Below are positions 62,251 to 63,248 of a DNA stretch of 63,248 nucleotides, piece after piece (position 1 is the stretch's first letter; each line of letters opens with the position of its first letter). The translations under genes and the position numbers were made by a program. Source of the stretch: a virus (lineage: Duplodnaviria > Caudoviricetes); the IMG/VR virus record IMGVR_UViG_3300020042_008450, positions 1 through 63,248 of that record. The stretch is one strand, 5' to 3'. Under the pieces are notes generated by a model that worked only from the letters and a program-made list of their open reading frames with translations, was not told the DNA's origin and ran no database searches.

Positions 62251-62919
62251 GGTCATTGGAAAGATTGCTGCAATGGCCTGAGCACATGCACGAGCAATAT
62301 TCATGTGTTCTTTTTGGGTGCCGTTGCTGGCACGAAGCTCAATGTAGTGAATCCAACTACGCAGTGTACCATTCATGTACATGCGACTCACAGTGAGTCC
62401 TTCTGGTAGCACAGCACGGGCCTGTTCTTTGGCAATGCCGTTATCGATTGCCCACTTGTATTCTTGTTTGACACTGAACAGCACACGTTGTTGTGCTCGT
62501 TCCCATTCAATGGCCAAGAGCTTTTGTGCTTCGTCACTCATGTCTAGCTCTACGCTGTTCTGTCTATTTTTTGTGTCCTGGAATCTTGCCTCACGCAGCA
62601 CAAACGCTTCATCAAGTTCAGCTGTAGGATTAGCATATCGCTGACTGAACTCTTGGAAGCTGAAACTTCTGTGACGTAGAATCTGTCGAGCAATGTCTCT
62701 GGTGGTGGTGATTTCCATACAGGCACTGACCATTTCAAGTGGGCTCCAGTGTTGGTGTTTGACCAGGTACCGGATGAGTCGTTCTGATGTTTCAGTGTTG
62801 ACTTGACTGGCAGGATTGCTGACACGGGCGCAATACGCAATGAGCTCTTGGGCATCGCCGACTCCCTGGTTGGCAAATTCTGCGGTTGGTTGACTGTGGG
62901 ATACAAGTTTAACGTTCAT
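62233..62919 (-). CDS. thyX: FAD-dependent thymidylate synthase
   Basis: ARVS, HWSPLE, RQILRHRSFSFQEFSQRY (ThyX motif), EQAR.VLP, Q.EH. Confidence 0.97.
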   Translation of the reverse strand: MNVKLVSHSQPTAEFANQGVGDAQELIAYCARVSNPASQVNTETSERLIRYLVKHQHWSPLEMVSACMEITTTRDIARQILRHRSFSFQEFSQRYANPTAELDEAFVLREARFQDTKNRQNSVELDMSDEAQKLLAIEWERAQQRVLFSVKQEYKWAIDNGIAKEQARAVLPEGLTVSRMYMNGTLRSWIHYIELRASNGTQKEHMNIARACAQAIAAIFPMTSTLIE

Positions 62920-62986
62920 TTAAATTTTTTATATTGTTTTTGTTTATTGAGACTCTGACTACCATTAGAAATTTCTATATTTTGTT

Positions 62987-63247
62987 TTATAAATCTTTTA
63001 AAAGTTTATCAGTTTCTGGTTGTACCAGTTTGGCAACTTCGGTTACATCAACTACAAAATCAACATCGCGAACTAAATCGCCAAGATCAGTTAGTGTGCG
63101 GGACAAAACAATTTCAATTTCAGTTATATCAAGTCCTTGCGATCGCAAGGTTTGGAAATTAACAGTTTTTTGTTTACGTCCATCAATCTTTATTACTACT
63201 TTCTTGATGCATTCAAGAGGAATATCTGTCTTGGTAACTTCGTTAAT
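62987..63247 (-). CDS. Partial hypothetical protein (5' end outside the window)
   Basis: Open frame ...INEVTKTDIPLECIKKVV...VAKLVQPETDKLLKDL* running off the window edge. Confidence 0.7.
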   Translation of the reverse strand: MNEVTKTDIPLECIKKVVIKIDGRKQKTVNFQTLRSQGLDITEIEIVLSRTLTDLGDLVRDVDFVVDVTEVAKLVQPETDKLLKDL

Positions 63248-63248
63248 G

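Noticed and set aside
659-62906. Numerous short antisense or alternate-frame ORFs in the track (e.g. 34880-35557, 54329-54907, 12604-13035)
   Set aside because: They lie wholly within well-supported genes and are explained as shadows of biased codon usage
37103-62919. Firm call of DNA hypermodification
   Set aside because: No dNMP hydroxymethylase, TET/JBP or base kinase recognised in this window and ThyX looks canonical; kept only as one alternative
1-63248. Stop-codon reassignment, tRNAs, integrase or prophage boundaries
   Set aside because: Genes are full length in the standard code and end in TAA, TGA or TAG; intergenic gaps are too short for RNA genes; no host-like flank or att/integrase seen

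Overview
The window is a segment of a large T4-related (myovirus-type) bacteriophage genome. It uses the standard genetic code and is almost fully coding; no rRNA, tRNA, CRISPR array or IS element was seen. (1) 0-4.6 kb, minus strand: GIY-YIG nuclease, gp46/gp47 recombination nuclease and gp55 late sigma factor. (2) 4.7-37.0 kb, plus strand: baseplate/tail module with tube-initiator-like, gp53-like, hub-like, gp5, gp25 and gp6 genes, a 5158-aa mosaic baseplate protein and fibre proteins, preceded by TAAATA late-promoter motifs and closed by an intrinsic terminator. (3) 37.1-61.6 kb: an approximately 24.5-kb, tightly coupled biosynthetic island. It encodes five radical SAM enzymes with an N-terminal twitch/SPASM-like Cys domain, six paralogous E(T/S)..TEK..P proteins resembling GT10-type GT-B glycosyltransferases, two GT8-like and two GT2-like proteins, a NodU/CmcH carbamoyltransferase with a 33-aa upstream peptide, an SGNH protein, an amidinotransferase, a DegT aminotransferase and an NDP-sugar epimerase. 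(4) thyX and small hypothetical genes. The island is the most interesting feature. It looks like a phage-encoded pathway that builds an amino/guanidino/carbamoyl-decorated glycan, whose acceptor (virion protein, DNA or host surface) cannot be determined from sequence. All family calls come from motif recognition by eye; no searches were run.
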